Shown here one piece after another: positions 63,401-64,000 of a DNA stretch of 64,000 bases. Origin of the DNA: Anaerovoracaceae bacterium (GTDB taxonomy: Bacteria > Bacillota > Clostridia > Peptostreptococcales > Anaerovoracaceae); assembly GCA_036677845.1 (NCBI GenBank), contig JAVBVR010000025.1:46583-110582 (forward strand), written 5' to 3'. A program made the translations under genes and the position numbers. Each line of letters opens with the position of its first letter. Position 1 is the stretch's first letter. Below the pieces are notes generated by a model. It had not been told where the DNA came from. It searched no databases and worked only from the letters and a program-made list of their open reading frames with translations.

Positions 63401-63414
63401 TTATGACAAATCCT

Positions 63415-63446
63415 GCCCCGGTTTTTTAAGAACCGGGGCTTTTTTT
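63415..63446 (+). terminator. intrinsic terminator
   Basis: GCCCCGGTT / AACCGGGGC followed by TTTTTTT. Confidence 0.85.
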
Positions 63447-63636
63447 GAGGAAAAACCCGGCTAATTATCTAAAATTTCAAGCATTTCGTTGCAGGTTATT
63501 ACAAAGTTACCCACAATGACGAATTATACTGTTATTAAATCGCCTAATTTTTCCCACCTGACCACTTTTGTGGCACAAATGTCTGCAAGATGCCACCGGT
63601 CTTCGGGATTTCGACTGCAAAAAAGGGGTGACTGTG

Positions 63637-64000
63637 ATGGAATTGCAATTAGGAAATGCGCGCAATACAATTTTCGGCAAGCTTTCAGGGAAGTCGCGGG
63701 GGGCATCCAGGATTGGGGCTTCGGACTATGCCAGAATCGCTTTGATCGTGCTCGGTTCGGTGCTGCTGGGCAGAGCGGCCTTGTTCTACGCTGTTTTTCC
63801 CTGCGGGATCGCACTGATAACGGTACTGATGCACAAAGGGAGAGTGAATATCTATGCCTTGCCCCTTATCCTGGTCGGACTGATCTCTAACTACGGGACA
63901 GGCTATGACATCTGGGGGGACACAATTGCAACAGCTGTCTGCGGTGTCGCTTTCTTTCTTGCTGCGAAAATGGACATGGGAATTGCTGTAAAAGCTTTTT
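63637..64000 (+). CDS. spoIIE: stage II sporulation protein E, N-terminal membrane region (truncated by window edge)
   Basis: Absent from the ORF track because it is open at the window end. ATG 63637 lies 8 nt after AAAAGGGG. The translation MELQLGNARNTIFGKLSGK...IALIVLGSVLLGRAALFYAVFPCGIALITVLM matches the SpoIIE N-terminal multi-TM pattern (GRA..(F/S)P.G.A). The assignment rests on only 121 aa. Confidence 0.6.
   Translation, partial: MELQLGNARNTIFGKLSGKSRGASRIGASDYARIALIVLGSVLLGRAALFYAVFPCGIALITVLMHKGRVNIYALPLILVGLISNYGTGYDIWGDTIATAVCGVAFFLAAKMDMGIAVKAF

Noticed and set aside
63571-63587. TGGCAC-N-TCTGCA upstream of spoIIE, resembling a sigma-54 -24/-12 element. The nearby TTCGACT resembles a Spo0A box.
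   Set aside because: The GG-to-GC spacing is 13 rather than the strict 12, and the -12 element reads CTGC rather than TTGC. The 0A-like box is a single 6-of-7 match. Neither is sufficient evidence.

Overview
This 64 kb window looks like a chromosomal segment of an anaerobic, spore-forming Firmicute. The class Clostridia is an inference from gene content and RBS style; no rRNA is present to confirm it. Coding density is high, and most genes have GGAGG-type ribosome-binding sites and hairpin terminators.

Recognisable housekeeping blocks:
- FMN riboswitch plus ribD-ribE-ribBA-ribH.
- An ldcA / Opp-Dpp-type ABC / M20 dipeptidase / IclR operon.
- Citrate synthase.
- A cobalamin nucleotide-loop cluster: cobU, cobS, a degenerate cobU-like gene and cobC.
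- bioY-bioB with a BirA-type operator.
- A complete his operon whose first gene is an in-frame HisZ-HisG fusion.
- birA, and an Rrf2 regulator next to metY.
- metG-tatD followed by the 5' end of spoIIE.

I found no rRNA, tRNA, CRISPR array, transposase, integrase or prophage genes.

The parts that are not ordinary:
1. A five-gene operon encoding a 3-TM protein, a lipoprotein and three multi-zinc-ribbon proteins, with no recognisable enzymatic domain.
2. An orphan solute-binding lipoprotein co-transcribed with a membrane-spanning Cache-like/LuxR-HTH regulator, preceded by tandem GGGGTGATTTTT repeats.
3. An orphan radical SAM/SPASM maturase-like gene with an RRE-like N-terminus, a long C-terminal tail and no visible precursor.
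4. An Ntn-hydrolase-DUF2087 fusion translationally coupled to an unknown protein and followed by a small GIY-YIG protein. This operon sits behind a consensus promoter and a perfect 9-1-9 palindrome.
5. Two unexplained repeat structures inside the cob cluster.
6. A four-domain CoA-disulfide-reductase/rhodanese/TusA/DsrE protein.

All family assignments come from reading motifs in the translations. No database search was run.
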